This document shows positions 11,786-23,945 of a DNA stretch of 54,103 nucleotides, in pieces. Within the stretch, counting starts at the first letter, position 1, and each line of letters opens with the position of its first letter. A program made the position numbers and the translations under genes. The DNA is taken from positions 38,036,786 through 38,090,888 of the forward strand of contig NC_068992.1 of NCBI RefSeq assembly GCF_001194135.2, written 5' to 3'. The notes beneath the pieces are model-generated. The model did no database searches and had not been told where the DNA came from. It saw nothing but the letters and a program-made list of their open reading frames with translations. Origin of the DNA: Octopus bimaculoides (lineage: Eukaryota).

Positions 11786-14589
11786 GATATTTTTTTAAAA
11801 TTTGCATTTACTGGTTTTAAACAATGCTAAACATCAAATATGTCGATAGCTTGAAGTAGAGCGAAGGAAGCTTTGGAAAAAGTTTCGAAAGACTTTCCTT
11901 CAATTACCAAATATATAGAGAATCTATCGAGATAAAACTTCACATAATTCTTCTGTGTTATTTTTTTTTTTTGTTTATTCTGTAATTGGTACGTTTTGTG
12001 CTCCATGTAGATGTGTCTCGAGTTTACCTTGTTTATCTACCTCATGACCTCTCTCTATAAAGTATATTCGAAGCGCACCTTGATCATATGACAACGCGGA
12101 ATGCTTTTAAGGGATCCCGCAGGCTGCTGTAAAACGAAAAACCTAAATCTCTACAGCCTTGAAAACGGGTGAGGAGGTCACCTTGAATTATATATTTCTA
12201 GATATAGAACAAATGAGCTGGTCACGACTGGAATGGTTTTGATCATGAGGCTAACGTTGGGTAAATTATTACCACAATTATATTTTTCCTATATATACAT
12301 ATATATATATGATAGGATTGCTTCAATATTTCAGGGGTAGTCTTGGGTATCTAAGCAACCAAGGGATAGTTAAATCCGAAGGCACTCCTGGAGATATATA
12401 TGCACTTGCGAGCTTGTATATATGTCTAAGTGTGTGTTATTGCTCTTAAAAATTTTAATTTGTCACTCCCTATTCAACAGGTGCAGTTGCTATGTCAATT
12501 ATATATATATAAAAGCCACTTGTGTTCATGTACTTGTAAGACACGTTTGTGTTTTGCAGTATGTCTAAGCTGTTAATTGACTCTAATATGCAGAGGAAAT
12601 CCTATATAACGGCGTCGGAAATTATTTATTGCCTTGGAAAAATGAGTGTGCAATTTCTTCGGATCGGCTTTTAACCCGTTCCCTGTCCTGTGTATTAGTT
12701 GTAACACACAGGACTTATTTCCCAGGGGTTCATGCATCATATGATACACATTCTCAATTTCATTTCAATCGCCCGATTGACTTGGGACTTACCGAAGGAA
12801 AGCTTTATATTACTCAGAACGTGTAAAGCAAAGGCTTTTCTCAAGTCTGAAAACGAGTATGGACATTTAGGATAAACTTATGAAAAATGCTTTGGACAGG
12901 AAAACGTATGCCTTTCCTTTTGGTGTCATTTTCAGTTTTTACCTGAAAATATATAGGGAGTGGGGAAGAATGGGAAGCAACCATCCTCATTTTTTTCATT
13001 GCAGATTCGTAATTTATGGTACTTAAAATACACAGATCCAAAGGAATTGCGGATTTTGGCGCACTAGATTATTTCCGACTCTATTCTACAAGAATGCCTT
13101 CGTTATTGAAAACTGGCAGTTAGAGCTGTAGCCCCTATATCGACCTTTGTTCGGCAAATCATTCCAGCCGTGACCATCTGGACTTTTGTGATACACCATA
13201 ACATTTTAAAATTTTATTTTGATTTGAAAGATAAGGCTGCTGTTTCTGAGAGGGCGGGCATTCACGGAAAGGCTCCTTCGCTGTTTCGCTATGTTAAGGG
13301 ATTGTATCCGTAACCCGGTTACTTACATATGTTCAACTGTACCTAGCTTATTGCTATTGTTCTTCAGCCTCTGATAGGTCCTATTATCAGATTCCAACCT
13401 TGACCACCCCGCCTTTGCTTATCTTCTCTTTTCGAAGTCGCTAAAAGATTAACTGCTATATTTAGTGGGTCGAGTGAGGCAGATTTTTCTACACCCGAAT
13501 GCTCTCGGTTTGTCTCACAAACTCTGATCACTAATTTTGTAGAATGACTACAAAATTCTTGGACAAGCAAACCCTGCGAACTGGTTTCGATTCCCGTTTG
13601 ATTATAATGCACTTTTTCATTATCAATGTGTACGTGGCTGTCTCTTATATTCTAAATATAGTCAGTTATCGATATCCAACATGGTGATTAAATCGGGTAA
13701 TTATCATACATTATTCTAATCTTGGTCTACATGTGAATCGGCAAAATATCCCGATAAATGGTGCGACCTTCACCTTGGTTGATTAGCAAATTTCATGTTT
13801 GGTGAAATTGTTTAATCTCAAGCCAACCTTGAAGTAGACGTTTCATCGAAGCTTTCCTGGCGTGACCATCGTTTTTTTTGTTTTTTTAAATTTTTTATAG
13901 GAGGGAAATCTACAACCATGGAAAGATGGGGCTGTTATTCCTAGCAGGATGCGAAGCCACGTAGAGGTTCCCATATTATTAGTTAAAAAGCTAACATAGG
14001 AAGTCATTTAAAACAACCTTCGTCACGCTGATATCTATAACAATGGCGGTCATAACGGAGCCACTGACGTTTATGACCTTGGTGACCTTCACCTTGATCG
14101 ACACTACAGCTTTGATACAACAGCTGTAAATGCGAATTTACCCATGACCTTTTGATTAGTCATGGAATTATTACTTTTATTTATTTATTTATTTATTTTA
14201 GGAAAGTGACGTTTATAACTTTCAGAAACTCCTTGGTTGCTGGTTGGAGAGGAAGTTGCTTGCAACAGTGTGGACTCTGCTAAATGTAGCCTTTTCAAGG
14301 TGTTAGTATTAAACCAGGTGATTAAGTATCGATTATTGAATAATAAATAAGTTCATCAAAAGAAATAAATATATACATCATGTGTGTGAGAGTGAGTAAA
14401 GCTACACTTTTATTGTTGTTAAGTAAACAGCACTGAAGCAATAGGCTTAACACGTCATCATCGTCACCACCAGCATTTAACACTCACTCTGCCATGCTTG
14501 CATGAGACGGACGGAATTTGTTGAGGCAGATTCTTCAGCCAAATGCCCTTCCTCTCACCAACCTTCATTTGCTTCCCAGTAAGGTAGTA

Positions 14590-14812
14590 TTGGGTTGGTG
14601 CATAATTATTGCAGCTTTTTTTCAACAAATTTTATTCAAACAATAACAATATTTAACAAAACCTCTTTAAATGATGGTCTGACCGTCTGCCAAGCAAAAT
14701 TGGAAGCAGTAATTGAAGTAGATGGTGAATATGCTCCGGAATAATCATTTAGAGATGTTTTTGTTGAATAAATTTGTTGAAAACAAGCTGCAGTAATTAT
14801 GTACCAACCCGA
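14590..14812 (+). mobile_element. mariner-derived MITE
   Basis: TA|TTGGGTTGGTGCATAATTATTGCAGC...GCTGCAGTAATTATGTACCAACCCGA|TA; internal remnant DRLPSK..EAVIEVDGEYAPE* resembles a mariner transposase C-terminus. Confidence 0.8.
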
Positions 14813-14922
14813 TATTTCCTCATAGCTATGCAGGTTTTCACTTGTAAAAACCTGTATGACGGTTATGCACGTTTACAGCCATCATGTGACGTTAAAACTA
14901 GACACATACACGCGAGCACTAT

Positions 14923-15071
14923 ATGCTTCTTTCAGTTTCTGCTGACCAAATTGATTCACAAGGCTTTGTTCAGCCTATTGCTATAATAGAAGACGCCTTT
15001 CCCAAGATGCCATTCACTAGAGCTAAACTTAAAATCCTGTGGTTGGGAAGCAACTTCTTGACTGCACAGCC
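14923..15071 (-). mobile_element. SINE family A, 5' half, diverged
   Basis: cttctttcagtttc...cacaaggctttg...gctataatagaagacgcctttcccaag...gttgggaagcaacttc. Confidence 0.6.
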
Positions 15072-15557
15072 AATATATGTGAATTGCTGCTGTGTTAAGT
15101 GTATTATGTTGGCTGATAATCTATTTATAGTCTGGAGAACAGTACAGAATATAAATGCATTTGAGCTGTGCGTGTAGAACTAGTATGAGCTGACACAATC
15201 TTCATTCTTAGTCATATTTTTCTCTTTTATATTACAGCTTGATCTGGCAGAAGGTGGTTGTGCAGTGGCCATGTCAGCACTTTGTGACCAGTGATACTTT
15301 TGTGGTTGATGTTTATTTGTGATAAACTGTAGGTCAATGATTGCAAAGAAGGGAGTTTCATTTAGATGACATCACAGAAAAAGAGGTTTGGGTGTAGAGG
15401 TTAGTGCAGGGCCTAGTGACAGGGTTGAGTAGCTACCAGATGGATAAGATGGACAGAAGTAGGATTTCTGTGAGCTTTTACTTAGACTGTGGTTATGATG
15501 GGGCGCTGCTTTCAGTTTTTAATCAAATGAATTGACCCCTGCTGCCCCCCTTTTTTA

Positions 15558-15832
15558 AAGCCTGGTAGTTATTCTGTCGGTCCTTTTTGCCAAACTGCTA
15601 AGTTACAGGGACATAGATACACCAACTCTGGTTGTCGAGCAGTAATCACACCTGCATGCATGCACGTGCAAAGGGCTTCTTTCAGTTTCCATCTACCAAA
15701 TCCCTTCACAAGGCTTAGGTTGGCCTGAGGCTATAGTAGAAGATACTTGCCCAAAGTACTGTACAGTGGGAGTGAACCTGGAACCATGTAGTTGGGAAGC
15801 AAACTTCTTACCGCACAGCCAGCTCTGCACCT
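15558..15832 (-). mobile_element. SINE family A
   Basis: Both halves present: aagcctggtagttattctgtcgg... and gggcttctttcagtttccatctaccaaatcc...cttaccgcacagcc. Confidence 0.75.
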
Positions 15833-15991
15833 GATTCCTGTGATCTGAGTGGTGAAATTTCTACAAGGTCAGTCTGCTGTGTAGAGCAGGAATTGTAATA
15901 TTAACAAGAAAAAGCAGTTGAGTGGCAGCAGGTCTGCATGGTGGCGTGTGTTGATAAGCGACACCAGGCCAATTAACTATTAGCTAATTTA

Positions 15992-16071
15992 TAAGGTGTG
16001 GCAAAAAAAACCTCCCTGATCCTAACTAATGACTGTAAAAATAATATGTAAGGTTTTTCTGCTGCACCCTG
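15992..16071. mobile_element. Very short Tc1/mariner-like MITE
   Basis: TA|TAAGGTGTGGCAAAAAAAACCT...AGGTTTTTCTGCTGCACCCTG|TA; imperfect TIRs. Confidence 0.45.
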
Positions 16072-16331
16072 TATGATCTTTATTTTTAACTAATGATGTA
16101 GTATTTTCCGATACAAGCACAATATCCAGCACTTACATTATATTGATTGATGTAATAATCTATTAGGTTGCTATGACTGTAGAAGCAATTATGATGCTAC
16201 ACTAAAATCTGGCCTTCAACTTGGTATAATAATAATGAGAATAATGATTTCTTTTATTTGCCACCAGGGTGGAGGATGAGGAAGACACTACAGACATAAA
16301 GTGTTGGTTTACATATAATGAAATGACAAAA

Positions 16332-16481
16332 AATGCTGGTGTGTTTATGTCCCCATAACTTAGCAGTTCAGCAAAAGACTGATAGAATAAGTACAAGGCT
16401 TACAAAGAATAAGTCCTGGTGTCGATTTACTTGACTAAAGGTGGTGTTCCAGCATAGCCACAGTCAAATTACTGGAACAAG
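16332..16481 (+). mobile_element. SINE family A, 3' half
   Basis: tgctggtgtgtttatgtccccataacttagcagttc...gaataagtcctggtgtcgattt...ccagcatagccacagtcaaat. Confidence 0.75.
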
Positions 16482-17319
16482 ATATATAAAATATAGTTGT
16501 TGGCCATCACTATCATATAGTCTGTAACCTTGGGTGCGAAACTTTGGGTAACTCTATATAATATTTTGTAATATATAACATAGAAAGTATACACTGCATA
16601 CAATAAAACAAAGAAGGGAAGCATAGTATACAACAGTAAAAAAAAAAAAAAACCTTTATACATGATGACCTTTAGGGATAATCAAGGAACCCTTCGGTGA
16701 AAGATTTCCCTGTTCACCAAGGCCTAGTGATCTCTCCAGTTCCTCTTCTCTGACTCAAGGCCTATACTTAGAGCAGTACTATCCATTCTTTCCATTTTTG
16801 CAACTTTCCTTTTCAAGGGAAGCTTGGAAAAGTCAATGAGGGCTCTGCCAAAAAGGAATGTCTCTGTCCTTTAACTGTTCAGCCTCGTCCATCAAACAGC
16901 CTCTTTTGCCACTGCTACCAGGTAAGGGGAAACTGCCTTAACTGCCCAACTAAAGGAAGGTGGCAGGGGAATCTTCACTATGAACTCTGCTGACAGACAG
17001 ATCTGTTCCATACATGATAGCTGTTTTGACATAATTCTACAGGTCAGCAATATTTGGATACTGAATGTGTGTGTGTATAATGGTTTTATTGTTCTGTGTG
17101 TGTGCCTTGGACAAGCCTGTCTGACAGCACATCTGTACCTGTAGAGTTCATCTCAAACAGGAAGTGCCCCTCAATAGCACTGCCAGGCAAAAAACATCTG
17201 GACATTATCCATGGGAGCCCCTGACTGGAAAGTCCTCTGCAATGGGCTAGCCTGTTTGTTTTCGTTTATGCCCAAGGTCTCCTTAAGAACAGTGTTGTAC
17301 TTCCAGTGGTTTCAAATTT

Positions 17320-17959
17320 TGGCACAAGGCCGGCATTTTTTTAATTTTTTTTACAGGAGGGTATAAGTTGATTATGACTCCAGTGCATAACTGGTACTAA
17401 TTTTATTGACCTCTCAGAAGGATGAACGGCAAAGTCAACCTCAGTAAAACTTGAACTCTGAATGTGAAAATGGGCAAAATGGTACTAAGCATTTTATTTG
17501 GAATTGCCACCTTAATGATAATCCTTTCTACTATAGGTACAAGGCCTGAAATTTGGGGAGGGTTAAGTTGATTACATCGTCCCCCTCCCCATCCATCAGT
17601 ACTCAAATGGTACTTAATTTATTGACCCCAAAAGAATGAAAGACATAGTCTACCTCAGTGGAATTTGAACTCGGAATGTAGCGACAGGTGAAATACTACT
17701 CAGCATTTTCTCCGGCATGCTAACGATTCTGCCAGCTTGCTGCCATAATAATAATCCTTTCTACTAGAGACACAAGGCCTGAAATTTTGGAGTGAGGGGA
17801 CGAATCGATTACATTGACCTCCCTCTCCTTCCCTGCTCCAATGTTTCGCTGGGACTTAATTTATTGACCTCAGCTGAATTTGAACTCTGAATGTAGTGAC
17901 AGGCAAAATACTGCTAAGCATTTCATCCAGCATACTAACAATTCTGCCAGTTCGCCTCC
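17320..17959 (-). mobile_element. Head-to-tail trimer of SINE family B
   Basis: Three units at ~17320-17510, 17520-17744 and 17753-17959, each with cacaaggcc...ttgaactc.gaatg...aagcattt; units 2 and 3 end in ctgccag. Confidence 0.8.
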
Positions 17960-20151
17960 ATAAAATTAATAATAATGATAATAATAATAATACTGAACTT
18001 ATTGTATAGTGCTCAGGTACACTACAATTCCTCAGAAAAAGTAGCCAAATGTGTAGGAACAGTTCATAGAATATGGACAAGTAAACAGTGACGAAGTCCT
18101 TAAAAAAGGTGGGGAGCCTCAAGGGTGCTGTTGGTAAATTTCAGGAAGCATGGGAGTTTTAAAAGATGTAGTGTCCTGACAGCTAACATTTGATATGGGT
18201 AGTTTATTCCATGCTTCAGTAATTCTGAATATTAAGGAAAAAAAATGTTTCCAAAAGTCATGGGTGCTGTGTTTTTCTATTTTGTAAGCATGTTCACCTG
18301 TCCACTTGTGGACTTTTGTTCCAGGGATGTAATAAAAGAAAGACTATTTGAACTAAGAGTCATCTTATGGTCTGTGAGCATTCTTTTATGAAATGACAAC
18401 ACCTTGATGTGTGTGTGTGTGTGTGTGTGCTCTCACACACACACACACACACACACACAGATTTGGATATTGAAATATACACGAGTATATTTTTTTGTAT
18501 AGATTTAAATATATATATGTATATTTATGGATTTTTATATGTATATGTGTATGCACATCTGTTTGTGAAGGTGTGTGTATGTATATATGTGTAAGATTAT
18601 AATTTGTTAGTGTAATGTAAATTAAACCCAAACTGAACTCCCTGCTAACCTTCAGACTGACCCTCCCCCGCTAGGCTCTACACATCAATATATAAACCTC
18701 GCATTCTATTCCACTCTGACACAATTCTCACTCATTTAGTTCATTTCTGCTCTCCAAGGTACACCCTCTTTACTCAATCTTTGCCTTGAAATGGAATATC
18801 ACTACATTTGTAGAAAATACTTTTCCTGTTGCCTACGCCTCTCTTTCGCCTGGATATTGCCAACAATAACTTCCAGTTGTTCTCAACCAAGTCTCTCTTC
18901 TTCATTCCTTCCAAATGCATTGACTTTCCCTACAAGTCTCTCTTTAAACCACCAGCATCTTTTCTAACATATTGTCCCCTTTGTCATTGAGGACATATTT
19001 CTCATTCTCCTGTGTCAGCGTCTTCACTACACTGTTCACAATTCTATGGCTTTTGTATACATCACACACGGATGCTGCCAATGAAGAAACAGATTCTTTT
19101 TCTGTCTTCAACTCTCTCCATCAACTTATTTTCATCCTCTGTGCAGCCCCAAATCTCTCTCTCACACACACTCCGAATACTTTTCATCTCTTTCTCATCT
19201 CCAAACCTAGCCTTTGCCAGACAGAAACTTAGCTTGTCCAAAAGTCTACTTCACCACAACCTTCCATTTTCATAACAAGCTGTCAAAGAACTCTGGTACA
19301 AATTTTTTTATTTTAAAGTGATTTAAAATTCCATGTTCATCAGAAATTCATGTCAATTTATGTTTCAAACACTAATTTAGTAATAGTAAAGTTAGTTAAC
19401 CTTTTTGTTTCAATTAAAATAATGAATTTAATAAACTGACATCCACACTTTACAAAAAGCCCCACTCCCTGGTCCAACAAGCTGACTGATCAGAGCTCTA
19501 CCTGGTTTATGTTAACCATTCCAGGTAGCACATGTGCTTCAACTTTGGACCCATGTAAAACAGTCAAGCACTTACTGAACCAGCACTGACCCTGTGAACA
19601 GAGATCTTGAACACATCCTCCAAGGGAGAGATGCCAATTTTGTCTCTTGTGAGAACAAAAAAGCACAAGCAAATATCCCACCTCACCCCACTTAAATATG
19701 AATGGCATTTAAATAAAGTGATTATGATTGTGTCAAATGTTAGACCTAACTTGCACTGAAGATCTCTGACAAAATCTTATCCTTAACATAGTCTTTAAAA
19801 AGCAGTCCTGGCTATCTTCTCTCTTTAGGTCTGAAAATATTTCAACTCCCAAATAATTATTGGCACTCTATAAAACTCAGATGCAATCCGCTCTGGCACA
19901 CCAGGGACAGTGCTCTTGCTGGTAATGGAGATATCTTAGACCTGGCCTGACCAACTCGAATTACTGACAGAATTGAAAGCATTTTGCTTTCTCATGCAAT
20001 TATTACAATAATGAATGAATGATTGTTGATACAATATGAAATATTGTCTTTGCAAAAACAGTATCTTATTTCCTTTTCATTACAATCTTGAATTTTTTGA
20101 TAAAATTTTTAAAATGTTTTAAATAAACCCATTTCAAGAAATTATCAAGCG

Positions 20152-20218
20152 GGCCGCAAGATAAGTCTGCAGGCCGCAAGATAAGTCTGCAGGCCGCAAG
20201 ATAAGTCTGCAGGCCGCA
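20152..20218. repeat. 20-bp tandem repeat, 3.3 copies
   Basis: (GGCCGCAAGATAAGTCTGCA)x3 plus GGCCGCA; flanked by gcgggcc...ggttggcagccttg, reminiscent of hAT-type ends. Confidence 0.9.
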
Positions 20219-21562
20219 CGTTGCCTGCGGGCCTCAGGTTGGCAGCCTTGTCCTAGACCATGTTCCAAGGAAGGCCGCTCGCATGATTGGAATGTAGTCC
20301 CTCGTGGACATTCTCCAGTGCCTGTTTCATTGATATAGGGTCCCTTTCCTACCACTACTATAAATGGTTTCTGTTCCTCAAAGCTAGCTGGGCTCATGTC
20401 ACTTCTCCTCAGATACACCAATGTTTTAATTGCAGGACAGTATATCTATTTTGAAACTAGGACACAACTTTTCAATTCCTATCTTGCTTCTTGCGGTTAT
20501 TTAAACATTAGATCCAACCTTACTCTCCAACCTTCTGATCAATGACGTACCAAGCATAACCACCTTGTCATATACCTAAAAGAACATTATCTACACACAC
20601 CAATATCACCATCATCATCATAAACTTATTGTTTAACTTCCCTGTTAGCATGAGGTGGATAGATGGACAAGAATTGATGAGTTGGAGGACTGCCTCATGC
20701 TCCAATTGTCTACTTCAGCACAGTTCCTATGGCTGGATGACCTATTTAATGCTAACCACTTTAAAGTGTACTTGATGTGCGTGCGTGCGTGCGTGCACAC
20801 ACACACACACACACACACACACACCAAAAATTTATATCAGAGTTTTGATGCTAATATCCATTTATATTAAAGTTTATTACTTTAATAAACTTTAATATAA
20901 ATGGATATTAGTGTCAAAACTCTTATTTAAATTTTTGATATATATAACCAAGGAGATCGATCCATAAGGAGTCTACTTTAGACCTTTGAGGAGAAATCTC
21001 TTGCTATATTGGTAACGATTACATGTTTTATCTCACCAATACATTGTGGAGATATCATATGAACACACACATATATATATATATATATAGGTGAGTCTTT
21101 AAAGTGTACTTGTTGGGTGCATATATATATATATATATATATATTTAGGTGAGTGGCCTGGTGGTTGAGGTGTTGTACTCATGATTGCTAGCCCATTAGT
21201 TTGATTCCCGGACCAAGCAGCTCATTGTATTCTTGAGCAAAACACTTCATTTTTCCATTGCTCTGCAGGTTGGAGTGTGGCAGAATCACTGGCTTGTCAG
21301 CAGGAATGCTTTATTAAGGTATATCTTCTGGATCACTGGATTTGAGTTCAAATCCCACTTGCCTGAAGAAGTCTAGTCATGGTAGCTGCATTTTCAGTAA
21401 TCTTCGTGGCAGCAGGGAAGGGCACGAGGCTCCTTCCCATGTTGTGCAGAGAGTGCTGGACAAGGTTCATGTGCACAGGATCCTCTCAATGACAGACTAC
21501 TGCTAGACTTTATATATACTAGGACTGGTAAGCCAGAGAGCTATACCAGGTTCCAGTCTGAT

Positions 21563-21712
21563 TTGACTTGCTTTCTACAGCTGGATGCCCCTCCTAATGC
21601 CAACCACTCCAAAAGTGTAGTGGGCATCTCTTATGTGTCACAGACACTGGCCATGACTATGATTTCACTTGGCTTCACATGTCTTCTCAAGCACAGTAAA
21701 TTGTCAAATGTC
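21563..21712 (-). mobile_element. RTE-family 3' end fragment
   Basis: ctacagctggatgcccctcctaatgccaaccactcc...gtgtagtggg and gtcttctcaagcacag match the 3' UTR of the RTE at 45483-46100. Confidence 0.7.
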
Positions 21713-21715
21713 TTG

Positions 21716-21768
<53 letters not shown>

Positions 21769-23159
21769 TATAACACACACACACACTCTCTCTCTCTCTC
21801 TCTCTCCTCAGCATGGCCAGTCTAATGACTAAAACAAAACGAAAGTAAAAAAATATATATATACTCACACATAGTAGTGGCAGGTATCTCTGCCACTACT
21901 TCCCTGTTGTATCAAAATAACTCCATACCGTAATGTCATGATTGACATGCGTTACAAACTAATTGACAAATAAAATAGAATCTGTTTATTTTTATTAGTT
22001 GACATCACTAATAATTTCTTGGTTATTTGTTCAATCCCAAACTGCAGGATTTTGGCCCTTTCATATTACCAAGACACTGTCAGGGTTTTTAATTCTTAAA
22101 GGTACCAAGGTGGAGATCAAATGGAAAGACAGGTTTTTCATATGTTCAGTTTATCTACCAGGTTTAATCCAACGACTTTTAATAATTGATTTTTGAGATA
22201 CTAGTGATGGTCATGATGAATCTGAGGCTGATAGAAAATTGAAACCTTTTAAATTCAAATGGTAAACTTCAGAAGTTTTCTCTGGATTTTCCTGAAACGA
22301 CTGACCTCCTGGATGATGAGGCATCTTATTTTTAGTGGTAACTTTTGTGCCATTCCAAAATTTACAATGGAGATTTGGTTGCTATTTCAGCTGGATCTAG
22401 CTATCATGTTATGTCTCCCATATACATAAGACATAAAGCATGACCGGCCACGATCGTGGTCATCAGGCTATGATCATGGCCCAGATAGATGCATTTAAAT
22501 TATGAGTGTTTGTTGGGTCTAATGTCACTCAAATGCTCTGATACCCACCAGAATGCAAGAGGACTAATAGTTCAACTAATGACTTTTTAGATGATGCAAA
22601 ACTTGCCACCATTATATACTAAGAAGATATTTTAACTGTTTTTTGTTTTTTATGTGTGCATGGTAGTCTCATTTTTCATAAGATGTGCTCAGCAGTCCAT
22701 ACTATGTAAGTGCAAATCCCAGTGCTTTATGGGTAAAGAGATTTGGTTGCTATTTATTGCAGATTGAAATGTCCTACAGATGCTTCTACATTGGTCTGTA
22801 CAAACATATACATATACAAGGCAGTAAAGTATCATAAAGCTATTATTTCTCTTGGGTCATGAATAAAGTAGTGGAGGATTTGAAGTATGGTTTCTAACAC
22901 TTGTAGTGGGAAAGGTGTAGCAAAAGATGTTGAGGTAGCAGATGAGATAGGCATGTGGATGATGTCAAAGTAAAACAATGGGAAAGTATTGGATTGCAGT
23001 TTAAATAATTTATAAAACACTTGCATTTACTTGTATACACCAAATATTTCACTACATCACATTACCAACTTGCTTCAAGCTGGTCAAGAAATTAATAGGG
23101 TAAGTACTGTCGTTGTGATAGGGTAGAACCGGACATGTTTTGTGTCTGTGTGTGCGTTG

Positions 23160-23247
23160 GTCATTCAGTGGTGTGTTTGTTCTGCGAGTCATTCAATGGT
23201 GTCTTTATGTTCTGCGAGTCATTCGGTGATGTCTGTTTATGTTCTGC
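23160..23247. repeat. ~30-bp degenerate tandem repeat, 3 copies
   Basis: gtcattc(a/g)(g/a)tg(g/a)tgt...tgttctgc(ga) repeated three times. Confidence 0.7.
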
Positions 23248-23742
23248 ATCTGCTACTGTCATTCATGTTGAATATCTGGATTTGTATTGCCTGCTTAACT
23301 GGCGAAGTTACTTGTTGGCTGTCCCTTGATGGATTGCTGTATTTATAATGGTCATGAACAGATATACCACAGGAGAAATTCCTACCTATGTAGGTCGCCG
23401 CCTGTCCACTTGAACTGTAAATGACATGGCTGAGGTCAAAGGAAACTGTCTATCAGTTTTTGACAGGACAAAGAAATTTCTTTCACGCCTGTTTGGCCAG
23501 TGATGGACCGGACGAGTGGGAATCATTAGATTCGGTTTCAAATCTCAGCTCAGAAAAAGGAAGTGTTAGTTTTTACACATTCCTCACTACCATATAGCAA
23601 TCCTCTTGTTGCCTCAAACATACATGTATGCGTGAAACAGTAAGGTGTGGTCTGAGGGAGATGTGGCTGCTACCATGTCGAGATAACTTGTAAATGCTAA
23701 CAGATTGACCTGTACAAACATTAGCCATTGAACAAGAATCTT

Positions 23743-23945
23743 CTACAGCTGACCAAAGCATTGAGTTGATTTGGTAGACAGAAACTGTGTGTGTAATTTG
23801 TGTGTGTTGGTGTATTTGCGTCCCCGTAATTTAGTGGTTCGGCAAAATAAATCGATAGAATAAGTACTGGTGTCGATACATTCGATTAAAAATTCAAGAC
23901 TGTACCCCAGCATGGCTGCAGTCTACTGATTGAAACAAAAGATAC
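23743..23945 (+). mobile_element. SINE family A, diverged
   Basis: gaccaaagcattgagttgatttggtagacagaaactg...gcgtccccgtaatttagtggttcggcaaa...gcatggctgcagtc. Confidence 0.7.

Noticed and set aside
13322-13372. Hammerhead-like CTGAAGA...GAACATATGTA on the minus strand
   Set aside because: GAAA is incomplete and helix I does not pair; at most a decayed copy.
13760-14160. Clustered TGACCT motifs resembling nuclear-receptor half-sites
   Set aside because: Spacing is irregular and similar gaccttcaccttg strings recur at 27400, suggesting a decayed repeat.
18972-19232. Possible decayed Penelope RT segment (AANEETDSF..FNSLH)
   Set aside because: No intact YxDD motif and too diverged to call by eye.
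20152-20218. CRISPR-like or coding repeat array
   Set aside because: Units are contiguous with no spacers, in a eukaryotic genome; ordinary minisatellite.
21873-21900. Perfect 11-bp hairpin AGTAGTGGCAG/CTGCCACTACT
   Set aside because: Isolated, with no supporting context; too short for a pre-miRNA or MITE call.
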